Source of the DNA: an uncultured Flavonifractor sp.
Lineage (GTDB): Bacteria; Bacillota; Clostridia; Oscillospirales; Oscillospiraceae
NCBI RefSeq assembly: GCF_944387675.1
Contig: NZ_CALXFV010000040.1
Coordinates: 1 to 18,174 of the forward strand
Length of the DNA: 18,174 nucleotides
Direction: 5' to 3'
Of the stretch, positions 1-7,452 are shown piece after piece. Made by a program: the position numbers and the translations under genes. The notes below the pieces were generated by a model. The model saw only the letters and a program-made list of their open reading frames with translations. It ran no database searches and had not been told where the DNA came from. Every line of letters begins with the position of its first letter. The first letter of the stretch is position 1.

Positions 1-1
1 C

Positions 2-21
2 TTCGCGCCTGCGGGCGCGAA
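2..21. other. GC-rich inverted repeat (hairpin) at the window edge
   Basis: TTCGCGCC (2-9) and GGCGCGAA (14-21) are exact reverse complements around a TGCG loop. The left context is outside the window, so no function is assigned. Confidence 0.4.
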
Positions 22-46
22 CTCTGCGAGGCTTTTTCGACAAGCG

Positions 47-79
47 GGGCGGCCCTTTCGGGCCGCCCATTGCTTTTCC
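47..79 (+). terminator. Candidate intrinsic terminator for a plus-strand gene lying left of the window
   Basis: 9-bp perfect stem GGGCGGCCC (47-55) / GGGCCGCCC (60-68) with loop TTTC, followed by ATTGCTTTTCC. The T-run is short and interrupted. On the minus strand no T-run follows the stem. Confidence 0.4.
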
Positions 80-122
80 CCAAAACGCAGAAACACAGGC
101 CCTCCGTGGGGGGCCTGTGTTT
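78..122 (-). terminator. Candidate intrinsic terminator ending the mrp-like transcript and/or a small RNA
   Basis: 12-bp perfect stem AAACACAGGCCC (91-102) / GGGCCTGTGTTT (111-122) with an 8-nt loop. Read on the minus strand, the GC-rich core is followed by TTTCTGCGTTTTGG. Confidence 0.55.
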
Positions 123-171
123 CCAAAATTGAAAGAAGAGAGGAAAGAGAGGGGGTGTGGTTTTTGACCAC
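80..171 (-). ncRNA. Hypothetical ~90-nt small RNA: short 5' hairpin, 25-nt C/U-only tract, terminator
   Basis: The predicted start near 171 lies 7 nt downstream of TAGGAT (183-178 on the minus strand). Minus-strand elements in order: small hairpin GTGGT/ACCAC (171-157); CCCCCTCTCTTTCCTCTCTTCTTTC (155-131, no purines); AATTTTGG; then the terminator hairpin (122-91) and T-run. This rests on sequence architecture only; there is no homology or expression evidence. Confidence 0.2.
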
Positions 172-187
172 GGTCTTATCCTAAAGC

Positions 188-231
188 CCGGCTGTGAACC
201 TGTTTTGAACCGGGTGTGAACGAACTGTGAA
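188..231 (-). repeat. Four tandem 11-bp direct repeats (TTCACA-N5), Pho-box-like operator candidate
   Basis: Minus strand 231 to 188 reads TTCACAGTTCG TTCACACCCGG TTCAAAACAGG TTCACAGCCGG. Hexamers start at 231, 220, 209 and 198, exactly 11 bp apart. The repeat itself is certain; its function is inferred. Confidence 0.6.
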
Positions 232-241
232 AAGTACTCCC

Positions 242-1072
242 TTATCCTTCCTGGTCCGCCAGGGTCTGGGCTACCTGGGTCAAATAGTTGTGCTCCAGCT
301 CCTCAATGCGGCCATTGTCGCAGGCGGCGGCCACGGCGGGGTCGATGGGCAGCCGGGCCAGCACCTTCAGGCCCAGCTCCCCGGCCACCTGTTCGATACG
401 GCTCTCCCCGAAGATGGCGTGGCGCTTGCCGCAGTCGGGACACTGAAAATAGGAGTAGTTTTCCACCAGGCCCAGCACGGGAATGTGCATCAGCTCCGCC
501 ATCTTGACCGCCTTGGTGACGATCATGCTCACCAGGTCCTGGGGGGAGGTGACCACCACAATGCCGTCCACCGGCAGGGACTGGAACACGGTGAGGGGGA
601 CATCGCCGGTTCCGGGGGGCATATCCACAAAGAGGTAGTCCACATCTCCCCAGATCACGTCGGTCCAGAACTGCTTCACCGCCCCGGCGATGACGGGTCC
701 CCGCCATACCACCGGATCGGTCTCGTGCTCAGTGAGCAGGTTGAGGCTCATAATCTCAATGCCGGTGCGGGTCTGGGCGGGATAGATGCCCAGCTCGCTT
801 CCCTCCGCCCGGGTATGCACCCCGAAGGCGGTGGGAATGGAGGGGCCGGTGATGTCGGCGTCCAGCACCCCTACGGATTTGCCCAGCCGGCGCATGGCCA
901 CCGCCAGGGAGGAGGTCACCAGGCTCTTGCCTACACCCCCCTTTCCGCTGACCACGGCGATGACCTTGCCCACGTGAGACAGGCCGTTCACCGGCACCCG
1001 GAGATCCTGGGGCGCGGTGCGCTCCGCGCAGCTCTCGCCGCAGGTGGAGCAGTTGTGGGTACATTCTGACAT
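242..1072 (-). CDS. Mrp/NBP35 (ApbC) family ATP-binding Fe-S cluster carrier protein
   Basis: 276-aa ORF with ATG start and TAA stop. Deviant Walker A SGKGGVGKS; ENYSYFQCPDCGKRHAIFG matches the family CxxC cluster-bridging motif. There is an extra N-terminal Cys cluster CTHNCSTCGESC (CX3CX2CX3C). Confidence 0.93.
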   Translation of the reverse strand: MSECTHNCSTCGESCAERTAPQDLRVPVNGLSHVGKVIAVVSGKGGVGKSLVTSSLAVAMRRLGKSVGVLDADITGPSIPTAFGVHTRAEGSELGIYPAQTRTGIEIMSLNLLTEHETDPVVWRGPVIAGAVKQFWTDVIWGDVDYLFVDMPPGTGDVPLTVFQSLPVDGIVVVTSPQDLVSMIVTKAVKMAELMHIPVLGLVENYSYFQCPDCGKRHAIFGESRIEQVAGELGLKVLARLPIDPAVAAACDNGRIEELEHNYLTQVAQTLADQEG

Positions 1073-1141
1073 GTTGTTTTTCCTTCTTTCCTGTGTGATA
1101 AGGCCGGGGCGGACAGGGTCCGGTTACCCATCGGCCCGGAT

Positions 1142-2092
1142 TCAGTAGTGATAGCTGCCCCCGCCGATAAACTCCCGGATCAGGGAGTCGGCCGGCACCA
1201 GTTCCGGCTCCACCGGCTCAAAGTGCCGGAAGGACGCCACCAGGTCGTGGAACTCCCGATAGCGGGGGTTCTCCTCCGGCACCTGGTCCACCGCCCGGGC
1301 CAGGGCGGCGGCGTAGTTGGAAAATACCGCCGGCTCATAGGGCAGGGAGGAGTCGATGATGATATTGGCCCGGTTTTTGAAGGGGGAGATGTACATTTTC
1401 TCCCCACGGCGCACATTATACCACATCATCAGGGTCTCCAGCAAATCCGTTCCCCGGAAATTATAGTCCCGCACCGCCCGTCGGGAAATGCGCATCCAGG
1501 TGCCTTTGAAGCGCAGCGTCTCCCCCTCCAGCACGTTGGAGCGGGCGGAGATGTACAGCCCCGTGGCCTCCGGGTGGCGGCCGAAGATGGCGTCGTTAAG
1601 GGCGTGGATGCCCTCAAAAATAGCAATCTCGTTTTTGTCCAGCTTCAGGAAGGTACCCCGGCTGTCGTTGCGCATCTGCCGGGCAAACTCGAACTTGGGT
1701 ACCACCACCCACTCCCCCCGGGAGAGCTTGGTGAAGGTGTCGTCCAGCAAATCCATGTCCAGCAGGGCGGGGGACTCGTAGTCGATATCCCCCTCCGGGG
1801 TGCGGGGGGCGGTTTTCCGGTTGAGGGTTTTGAAGTAATTGTCCATGGAGACGGTATGGCTGTTTACCCCCCGCCGCTCCAGCTCCTGCTCCAGCTTCAG
1901 GGCGGTGGTGGTCTTCCCCGAGCCGGAGGGACCGGAGAGCAGCACGATGGGGCTGTCCTTCATCCGGGCCAGAATCTGGTCCACTGCGGCGTTAATGCGG
2001 CTTTGATAGGCGGCGTCGCACTCCGCCAGAAAGCCCCTGGGATCGCTCCGCAGGCCGCTGTTGATTGCGCTGAGCTGATAGGACACAGTCAT
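1142..2092 (-). CDS. P-loop nucleoside/uridine kinase family protein
   Basis: Start taken at the internal ATG (2092-2090, MTVSYQLSAI...) preceded by GGAGGA (2099-2094). It overlaps the upstream stop as ATGA. Walker A GPSGSGKTT gives uridine-kinase/PRK-like P-loop kinase similarity. The upstream 75 codons of the track ORF overlap the hemZ-like gene and are discarded. Confidence 0.85.
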   Translation of the reverse strand: MTVSYQLSAINSGLRSDPRGFLAECDAAYQSRINAAVDQILARMKDSPIVLLSGPSGSGKTTTALKLEQELERRGVNSHTVSMDNYFKTLNRKTAPRTPEGDIDYESPALLDMDLLDDTFTKLSRGEWVVVPKFEFARQMRNDSRGTFLKLDKNEIAIFEGIHALNDAIFGRHPEATGLYISARSNVLEGETLRFKGTWMRISRRAVRDYNFRGTDLLETLMMWYNVRRGEKMYISPFKNRANIIIDSSLPYEPAVFSNYAAALARAVDQVPEENPRYREFHDLVASFRHFEPVEPELVPADSLIREFIGGGSYHY

Positions 2093-3576
2093 TCCTCCTT
2101 GTCTGGCCGGTAGAAACGGACCACCTGCTCCTTCCCGGCGCACAGGCTGTCGATCCGCTCCAGATACTGCTTGGGATACTTGGGATTGGGGATGCGGGCA
2201 ATGCGACCGGCGGCGGAATCCACCAGCTTGGTCATGCCGCCGCCCCCCAGGGCCAAAATGGTGTGCAGCTCCTCCATCATGCAGATGTTGTACAGGCTCT
2301 CCGTCCCCGGTCGGCACCAGCCCACGTTTTCAAAGGAGCCGGACATGTACTTCTGCCGGTACAGGTAGTAGGGGACCTGCCCCGCCTGCCGCAGGGCGGA
2401 CCAGGCATAGTCCAGCATGGACGCCACCTCTTCTCCCGAGGGGATGCACCCGCCCTCCTCCATCAGCCTTGACCCTTTTTTCAGCGCCAGGGTGTGGACG
2501 GTGATGTTTTCCGGCCCCAGCGCCAGCACCTGGTCCAGGGAGGCGCGGAAGCCCTCCGTGCTGTCGGCGGGCAGGCCGGCGATCAGGTCCATGTTGACGC
2601 AGCCAATGCCGCTCTCCCGCACCAGGGCGTAGGCGGTGAGAATATCTGCCCCCCGGTGGGCGCGGCCCATGGCGGAGAGAACCTTATCCGACATGCTCTG
2701 GGGGTTTACCGACACCCGGGTGCAGCCCCGGCGGGCCAGTACCGCCAGCTTTTCCCGGGTAATGGTATCCGGCCGGCCGGCTTCCACGGTGTACTCGGTG
2801 CAGCCGGACAGGTCCATGTGCTGAGCCAGCTCCCCCATCAGCCGGTCCAGCTGGGGGGCGGTGAGGGTGGTGGGGGTGCCGCCGCCGAAATAAACGGTGC
2901 GCACCGCCAGCCCCGCCGCCTCCAGGACCCGGCCCGCCGCCTGGATTTCCCGGGAAAGGGCGTCCAGGAAGGGCTCCACCAGCTTCAGGGACTTCCCCAC
3001 GTCGGCGGAGACGAAGGAGCAGTAGGCGCACCGGGTGGGGCAGAAGGGAATACCCACGTAGAGGGAGACCTCCCGGGGCCTCAGGGACGCCTTTGCCGCC
3101 AGGGAGGCCCGGGCGCAGTCCATGGCCAGCGCCCGCCGGAGCGGGGAGACGTGGTAAGTGTCCCGCAGCGCCTTCTCCGCCTGAGCGGGTGCGGCGCCCG
3201 CCGCCATGGCCTTGGTGGGAATCTTCACCGGGCGCACCCCGGTGAGGGCGCCCCAGGGAGGCTCATACCCCAGCAGGGCTGTGGCGGCGTCATAGAAGGC
3301 CAGCTTCAAAATCTGCTGAAAGGCCCGGTCCCGGGCCACCCCGTCTTCCTCCGGAGGCAGGGGGCAGCGGCGGACCTTCCGGCAGGCCGTCCCCCGCCAG
3401 GTCAGCGCCGCGGCGGCGGTGGCCCACTTCTTTCCCAGGCTCAGGGTGAGCACCAGGTGGTCCTCCCCCTCCGCCGGCGGCGCTTCCGGATACTCCGGCC
3501 GCTGGTCGGGGAACAGAGTCAAAAGCATTTGCTCCGTGGCGTATTTGTAGTCGTGACAGCGAAAATAGAGTTTCAT
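2089..3576 (-). CDS. hemZ: HemN-family radical SAM protein, HemZ-type (annotated coproporphyrinogen dehydrogenase HemZ)
   Basis: 495 aa. Radical SAM CxxxCxxC motif (CPTRCAYC), GGGTP motif (YFGGGTPTTL), and a long N-terminal extension typical of HemZ-type proteins. Stop TGA at 2091-2089. Confidence 0.88.
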   Translation of the reverse strand: MKLYFRCHDYKYATEQMLLTLFPDQRPEYPEAPPAEGEDHLVLTLSLGKKWATAAAALTWRGTACRKVRRCPLPPEEDGVARDRAFQQILKLAFYDAATALLGYEPPWGALTGVRPVKIPTKAMAAGAAPAQAEKALRDTYHVSPLRRALAMDCARASLAAKASLRPREVSLYVGIPFCPTRCAYCSFVSADVGKSLKLVEPFLDALSREIQAAGRVLEAAGLAVRTVYFGGGTPTTLTAPQLDRLMGELAQHMDLSGCTEYTVEAGRPDTITREKLAVLARRGCTRVSVNPQSMSDKVLSAMGRAHRGADILTAYALVRESGIGCVNMDLIAGLPADSTEGFRASLDQVLALGPENITVHTLALKKGSRLMEEGGCIPSGEEVASMLDYAWSALRQAGQVPYYLYRQKYMSGSFENVGWCRPGTESLYNICMMEELHTILALGGGGMTKLVDSAAGRIARIPNPKYPKQYLERIDSLCAGKEQVVRFYRPDKEE

Positions 3577-3631
3577 AGTGATTTCCAGGCCCCCTTTTCG
3601 AGGGGGCTGTCAGCTCCGCTGACTGGGGGAG

Positions 3632-4237
3632 TTACCCCATGGCCTCCTGCATATAGTAGTTGCTCCGCCGCTCGGCCTCCAGGGTGGAGGTCCCCATGTG
3701 GCCGGGCAGCACATGGCAGTCCCCGGGCAGGGCGGCCAGCCGCTTCAGGGAGGCCATGATCTCCTGGTAGGACCCGCCGGCAAAATCGGTGCGGCCCATG
3801 GAGCCCTGGAACAGGGTGTCCCCGGTGAACAGGGCGTCCTCCACCTTCAGGCACACCCCGCCGGGGGTGTGGCCGGGGGTGTGGAGCACGGAAATGGAGA
3901 GATTCCCCAGCTCCAGGGTGTCCCCCTCCTCATAGGGGACGGTGGGGGCGCCGATGGCGGGAAACACCTGGCTGCCCAGCAGCTCGGCATCGGCGGGGTG
4001 GAGGTACACCGGCACCTGGGGCAGCGCCTTATGAAGGGCGGCCACGCCGCCGGTGTGGTCAAAGTGGGCATGGGTGAGCAAAATAAGCCGGATCGCCATC
4101 CCGTCCGCCCGGGCCTGGTCCAGAATCCGCCCCCCCTCTCCGCCGGGGTCGATGACGGCGGCGGCGTTGGCGGTCTCGTCCTCCAGCAGGTAGCAGTTGG
4201 TCCCCAGCTCCCCCACGTGCATGATCTTGATTTTCAT
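3632..4237 (-). CDS. MBL-fold metallo-hydrolase (glyoxalase II-like)
   Basis: HxHxDH motif (HAHFDHTGG) and downstream His/Asp ligands. Start placed at ATG 4237-4235 (MKIKIMHVG...), which has GAGGTG 6 nt upstream. The GTG at 4246 used by the ORF track lies inside that RBS. Confidence 0.9.
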   Translation of the reverse strand: MKIKIMHVGELGTNCYLLEDETANAAAVIDPGGEGGRILDQARADGMAIRLILLTHAHFDHTGGVAALHKALPQVPVYLHPADAELLGSQVFPAIGAPTVPYEEGDTLELGNLSISVLHTPGHTPGGVCLKVEDALFTGDTLFQGSMGRTDFAGGSYQEIMASLKRLAALPGDCHVLPGHMGTSTLEAERRSNYYMQEAMG

Positions 4238-4255
4238 TCCCTTCACCTCGTCACA

Positions 4256-4699
4256 TTACATGGTATCGGTGTCCAGCAAAATGGTCACCGGGCCGTCATT
4301 TTGGGAAAAAACCTGCATATCCGCCCCAAACTCCCCGTGCTGGACCTGGAAGCCCCGGCCGGCGCACTCGGCCATGAACTTCTCGTACAGGGGGATGGCG
4401 ATGTCCGGCTTGGCGGCCCCGGTGAAACCGGGGCGGCGGGACTTGGTGTCGGCGTACAGGGTGAATTGGCTCACCACCAGCAGGCTCCCCCCCACCGCCG
4501 CCAGGTTCAGATTCATCTTCTCGTTCTCATCCTCGAAGATGCGCAGGCCGCACACCTTGTCGGCCAGCTTCACCGCCTGGGCCTCGGTATCCGCGGGGGC
4601 CACCCCCAGCAGCACCAGAAAGCCCTGGCCGATCTCCCCGTTCACCTTGCCGTCGATGACCACGGAGGCGTTTTTTACTCTGGTTACAACTGCGCGCAT
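4256..4699 (-). CDS. dtd: D-aminoacyl-tRNA deacylase
   Basis: 147 aa from the internal ATG (MRAVVTRVKNASV...). Contains SQFTLYADT and the C-terminal GPVT motif typical of Dtd. The upstream 44 codons of the track ORF have no support. Confidence 0.95.
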   Translation of the reverse strand: MRAVVTRVKNASVVIDGKVNGEIGQGFLVLLGVAPADTEAQAVKLADKVCGLRIFEDENEKMNLNLAAVGGSLLVVSQFTLYADTKSRRPGFTGAAKPDIAIPLYEKFMAECAGRGFQVQHGEFGADMQVFSQNDGPVTILLDTDTM

Positions 4700-4757
4700 A
4701 GCTGAAAATTCCTTTCTGTAAGTGGGGTAACGGGCCGTCCCAAGGCCCTCCGCGGCG

Positions 4758-5825
4758 TTACCGGTATTCCCGGACAAAGCCCCGGGCGAAAATGGGGTCG
4801 ATATCAAATACCGCCTTGTCCCCGGCGGCACATTTCAGGTCGGTGATGTCCACAATGGTCTCAATGGCGCCGATGCCGCCGATGATCCGGGCCTTCTGGC
4901 CGTTGATCCGCACGGTGATCTTCCGCCGGGCCAGCCAGCGGCGGAAGGCGGCCAGCAGGCCGTCGGTGCGGGGCCGCGCCAGGCCGAAGCCGTTCTGGTA
5001 GCCCACCGGCAGCACCCCCACCCGGGTGGGCCGGCGCATCACCACCGGCCGGTCGCCCCCTACGCTGTGGCCCTTGGGCAGCCACCGGGTCTCCTCAATG
5101 CCCACCTCGCCATAGCCCACCCGGCGCAGGTCATCTCCCCGGCGGCGGCGGCACCGGCCCAGCAGGGCCGAGCCGGCCCGCACCCCGTCCAGCCGGGCCT
5201 GGGCGCAGTGGAGCAGGGCGTAGGACCCGGCGGCGTGGACAATGCCCGTCTCAAACCCGGCGGCGTGGATGGCCTCCACCGCCTGGGTGAAATCGGCCAG
5301 CTGGCCGTCCAGATCCTTGCCGTTGGGCTTGAGGGTGTGCAGCTGGGTACACAGGCCGGACACCGCCACGTTGGGCAGCCCCCGGTAGACCGAGAGGATC
5401 TTCTCCGGCTCCTCCGCCAAAAAGCCGCCGAAGCCCATGCCGGTGTCGATCTGGATATGGGCCTCCGCCACGGTGGAGCGGCCCTCCGCCACGGCGTTGA
5501 GGGCCAGGCCGGTATCCACCGATCCCACGGTACACACCACGTTCAAATCCAGCAGCTGGTCCAGCTCCTCCCGGTCGGTGGTGCAGCGGAGCATGAGGAT
5601 TTCCTCCTCCACAAATCCCGCCTTCCGCAGGGCGGCGGCCTCCGCCACCTCGCTGACGGCAAAGCGGCCGATGCCTTCCGCCCGGAGGGCGCGGGCCAGC
5701 TCCACCAGGCCGGCCCCCTGGCCGTCCCCGGTGAGTACGCCGTAGATCACGGCCTCCCCCGCCCGCTCTTTCACCACCGAGATGTTGTGCTTCAGCGCAT
5801 CCCGCTCGATGACCAGTGTTTTCAT
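4758..5825 (-). CDS. Alanine racemase-fold (fold-type III PLP) protein, catalytically divergent
   Basis: 355 aa, collinear by eye with Alr: HIQIDTGMGFGG vs HLKMDTGMGRLG, VRAGSALLG vs VRFGIAMYG, LPVGYQNGF vs IPIGYADGW. The PLP-lysine motif VVKANAYGHG reads VLTGDGQGAG, and the Tyr265-equivalent segment contains no Tyr. Confidence 0.85.
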   Translation of the reverse strand: MKTLVIERDALKHNISVVKERAGEAVIYGVLTGDGQGAGLVELARALRAEGIGRFAVSEVAEAAALRKAGFVEEEILMLRCTTDREELDQLLDLNVVCTVGSVDTGLALNAVAEGRSTVAEAHIQIDTGMGFGGFLAEEPEKILSVYRGLPNVAVSGLCTQLHTLKPNGKDLDGQLADFTQAVEAIHAAGFETGIVHAAGSYALLHCAQARLDGVRAGSALLGRCRRRRGDDLRRVGYGEVGIEETRWLPKGHSVGGDRPVVMRRPTRVGVLPVGYQNGFGLARPRTDGLLAAFRRWLARRKITVRINGQKARIIGGIGAIETIVDITDLKCAAGDKAVFDIDPIFARGFVREYR

Positions 5826-5867
5826 CCGTCCGCCGCCTTTCTCCCCTGTGGAATGCCGTTGTCCTCC

Positions 5868-5896
5868 ATTATATACGCTGGCAAAGTTTCCGTCAA
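5868..5896 (-). promoter_or_regulatory. Sigma-A type promoter for the alr-like/dtd/MBL/hemZ block
   Basis: Minus strand: TTGACG (5896-5891), 17-nt spacer, TATAAT (5873-5868). It lies about 40 nt upstream of the ATG at 5825. Confidence 0.6.
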
Positions 5897-5913
5897 TGAA
5901 AAGGGCTTGCCGC

Positions 5914-5942
5914 TTGTGTTTTCCGGCGGAAAGTGATATGAT
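5914..5942 (+). promoter_or_regulatory. Candidate promoter for miaB and downstream genes
   Basis: TTGTGT (5914-5919), 17-nt spacer, TATGAT (5937-5942), with TG at 5934-5935 (extended -10, TGnTATGAT). Confidence 0.45.
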
Positions 5943-5978
5943 TTTATAGTTGAGACCCTATCTTTGGGAGGAACTGCT

Positions 5979-7382
5979 TTGAATCAACAGACCACAAACA
6001 TCACCCCCCAGCAGGTGGAGCGGCAGCGGGAATTCTGCCGGATGCTCCAAGAGAGAAACGCCGCCCGCCCCGCCCCGCCCCTGGCCTTTGTGGACACCTA
6101 CGGCTGCCAGCAGAACGAGGCCGACTCCGAGCGGCTGCGTGGTTACCTGCGGGAGATGGGGTATGCTTTTACCGACAGCGAGGCCCAGGCCGACCTGATC
6201 CTTATCAACACCTGCGCCATCCGGGAGCACGCCGAGATGCGGGTGCTGGGCAACGTGGGCGCCCTGGTCCACACCAAGCGGGCCAAGCCCGGCCAGCTCA
6301 TCTGTGTGTGCGGCTGCATGGCTCAGGAGCCCCACCGGGCGCAGAAAATCAAGGAGAGCTACCGCCAGGTGGATCTGGTGTTCGGACCCCACGCCCTGTG
6401 GCGGTTTCCGGAGCTGCTCTACCGCCTGGTCACCCGCCGGGGCCGCATCTTCGACATTGCCGACGAGCCCGGCTCCATTGCCGAGGGCATTCCCGTGGTA
6501 CGCCAGGACAGGGTGAAGGCCTGGGTGTCCATCATGTACGGCTGCAACAACTTCTGCACCTACTGCATCGTCCCCTACGTCCGGGGACGGGAGCGCTCCC
6601 GCCGGCCGGAGGTCATTCTGGAGGAGATCCGGGGTCTGGCGGCGGAGGGGTACCGGGACATCATCCTGCTGGGCCAGAACGTCAACTCCTACGGCAAGGA
6701 TCTGGACGCTCCCTGTGACTTTGCCGACCTTTTGAAGGCAGCCGCCGACATCCCCGGGGACTTCCTGCTGCGTTTTATGACCAGCCACCCCAAGGACGCC
6801 TCCCAGAAGCTTTTCGACACCATGGCCTCCTCCCCCAAGATCGCCCCCTGCTTTCACCTGCCCTTCCAGGCGGGCAGCGACCGGGTGCTGCGCGCCATGA
6901 ACCGGGTGTACGACCGGGCCGGTTACCTGGACAAGGTGCGCCGGCTGAGAGCGGCCATTCCGGACGTGGTCATCACCTCCGACGTGATCGTGGGATTTCC
7001 CGGGGAAAGCGCGGAGGACTTCCAGCAGACCCTGTCCCTGTTGGAGCAGGTGCGCTTTGACGCACTGTTTACCTTTATCTACTCCCCCCGGGTGGGTACC
7101 CCCGCCGCCAAGATGGAAGACCCCGTCTCCAAGGAGGAGAAGGCGGCCTGGTTCCAGCAGCTGGTGGAGCGGCAGGACGCCATTTCCGAGGAAAAGCACC
7201 GGGCCTATATCGGCAAAACGGTGCGCTGCCTGGTGGACGGACGGGACAGCAAGGGCCTCACCGGGCGCACTCCCGGCAACCGGCTGGTGCGGCTTGCCGG
7301 GGAGGACGGCCTCATCGGGCAGTTTGTGGACGTGAAGATTACCGGGGCCAACAAGTGGTCCCTCACCGGGGAGCTGGTGTGA
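5979..7382 (+). CDS. miaB: tRNA (N6-isopentenyl adenosine(37)-C2)-methylthiotransferase MiaB
   Basis: N-terminal UPF0004 motif TYGCQQNEADSE, radical SAM MYGCNNFCTYCIVPYVRGRERSR, and a C-terminal TRAM-like domain. Start placed at TTG 5979, 7 nt after GGAGG (5967-5971). The TTG at 5964 used by the track overlaps that RBS; the start choice is uncertain. Confidence 0.92.
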   Translation: MNQQTTNITPQQVERQREFCRMLQERNAARPAPPLAFVDTYGCQQNEADSERLRGYLREMGYAFTDSEAQADLILINTCAIREHAEMRVLGNVGALVHTKRAKPGQLICVCGCMAQEPHRAQKIKESYRQVDLVFGPHALWRFPELLYRLVTRRGRIFDIADEPGSIAEGIPVVRQDRVKAWVSIMYGCNNFCTYCIVPYVRGRERSRRPEVILEEIRGLAAEGYRDIILLGQNVNSYGKDLDAPCDFADLLKAAADIPGDFLLRFMTSHPKDASQKLFDTMASSPKIAPCFHLPFQAGSDRVLRAMNRVYDRAGYLDKVRRLRAAIPDVVITSDVIVGFPGESAEDFQQTLSLLEQVRFDALFTFIYSPRVGTPAAKMEDPVSKEEKAAWFQQLVERQDAISEEKHRAYIGKTVRCLVDGRDSKGLTGRTPGNRLVRLAGEDGLIGQFVDVKITGANKWSLTGELV

Positions 7383-7452
7383 CCCCATCCGGCCGCCCAA
7401 ATGTGGGAGCTGGACCGCTACTATAACTGAGAGATAGAACAGGAGAACCGCC

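Noticed and set aside
157-219. 20-codon plus-strand micro-ORF (GTG start, VVFDHGLILKPGCEPVLNRV) right after the purine tract
   Set aside because: The purine tract could mimic an SD, but the spacing to the GTG is short. No plus-strand promoter is evident after two terminator-like hairpins, and the peptide has no recognisable features. Unsupported.
2093-2317. N-terminal extensions offered by the ORF track: kinase to 2317, dtd to 4831, hfq from 12763, MBL GTG at 4246, miaB TTG at 5964
   Set aside because: The extensions overlap upstream genes or lie in spacers, lack RBSs and add non-homologous residues. Internal starts have good Shine-Dalgarno spacing and match typical family N-termini.
3589-3607. 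Hairpin GCCCCCT/AGGGGGC between the MBL gene and the hemZ-like gene, considered as a terminator
   Set aside because: No T-run follows on either strand, so it is not called a terminator. On the minus strand its 3' arm AGGGGG is the only SD-like sequence before the hemZ ATG, though 12-13 nt away. An SD-masking role is conceivable but I cannot support it.
4726-4762. Imperfect hairpin (GGTAACG...CGTTACC with inner GGGCC/GGCCC) overlapping the alr-like stop codon
   Set aside because: No U-run follows on the minus strand, and dtd follows with its own RBS. It is probably incidental GC-rich secondary structure.
227-5936. Plus-strand ORFs 227-1069, 1148-2113, 2494-3759, 3698-4705 and 5067-5936
   Set aside because: Each mirrors a well-supported minus-strand gene (mrp-like, kinase, hemZ-like, MBL/dtd, alr-like). 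All show Gly/His/Pro/Ala/Gln-rich antisense-type composition with no family signature.
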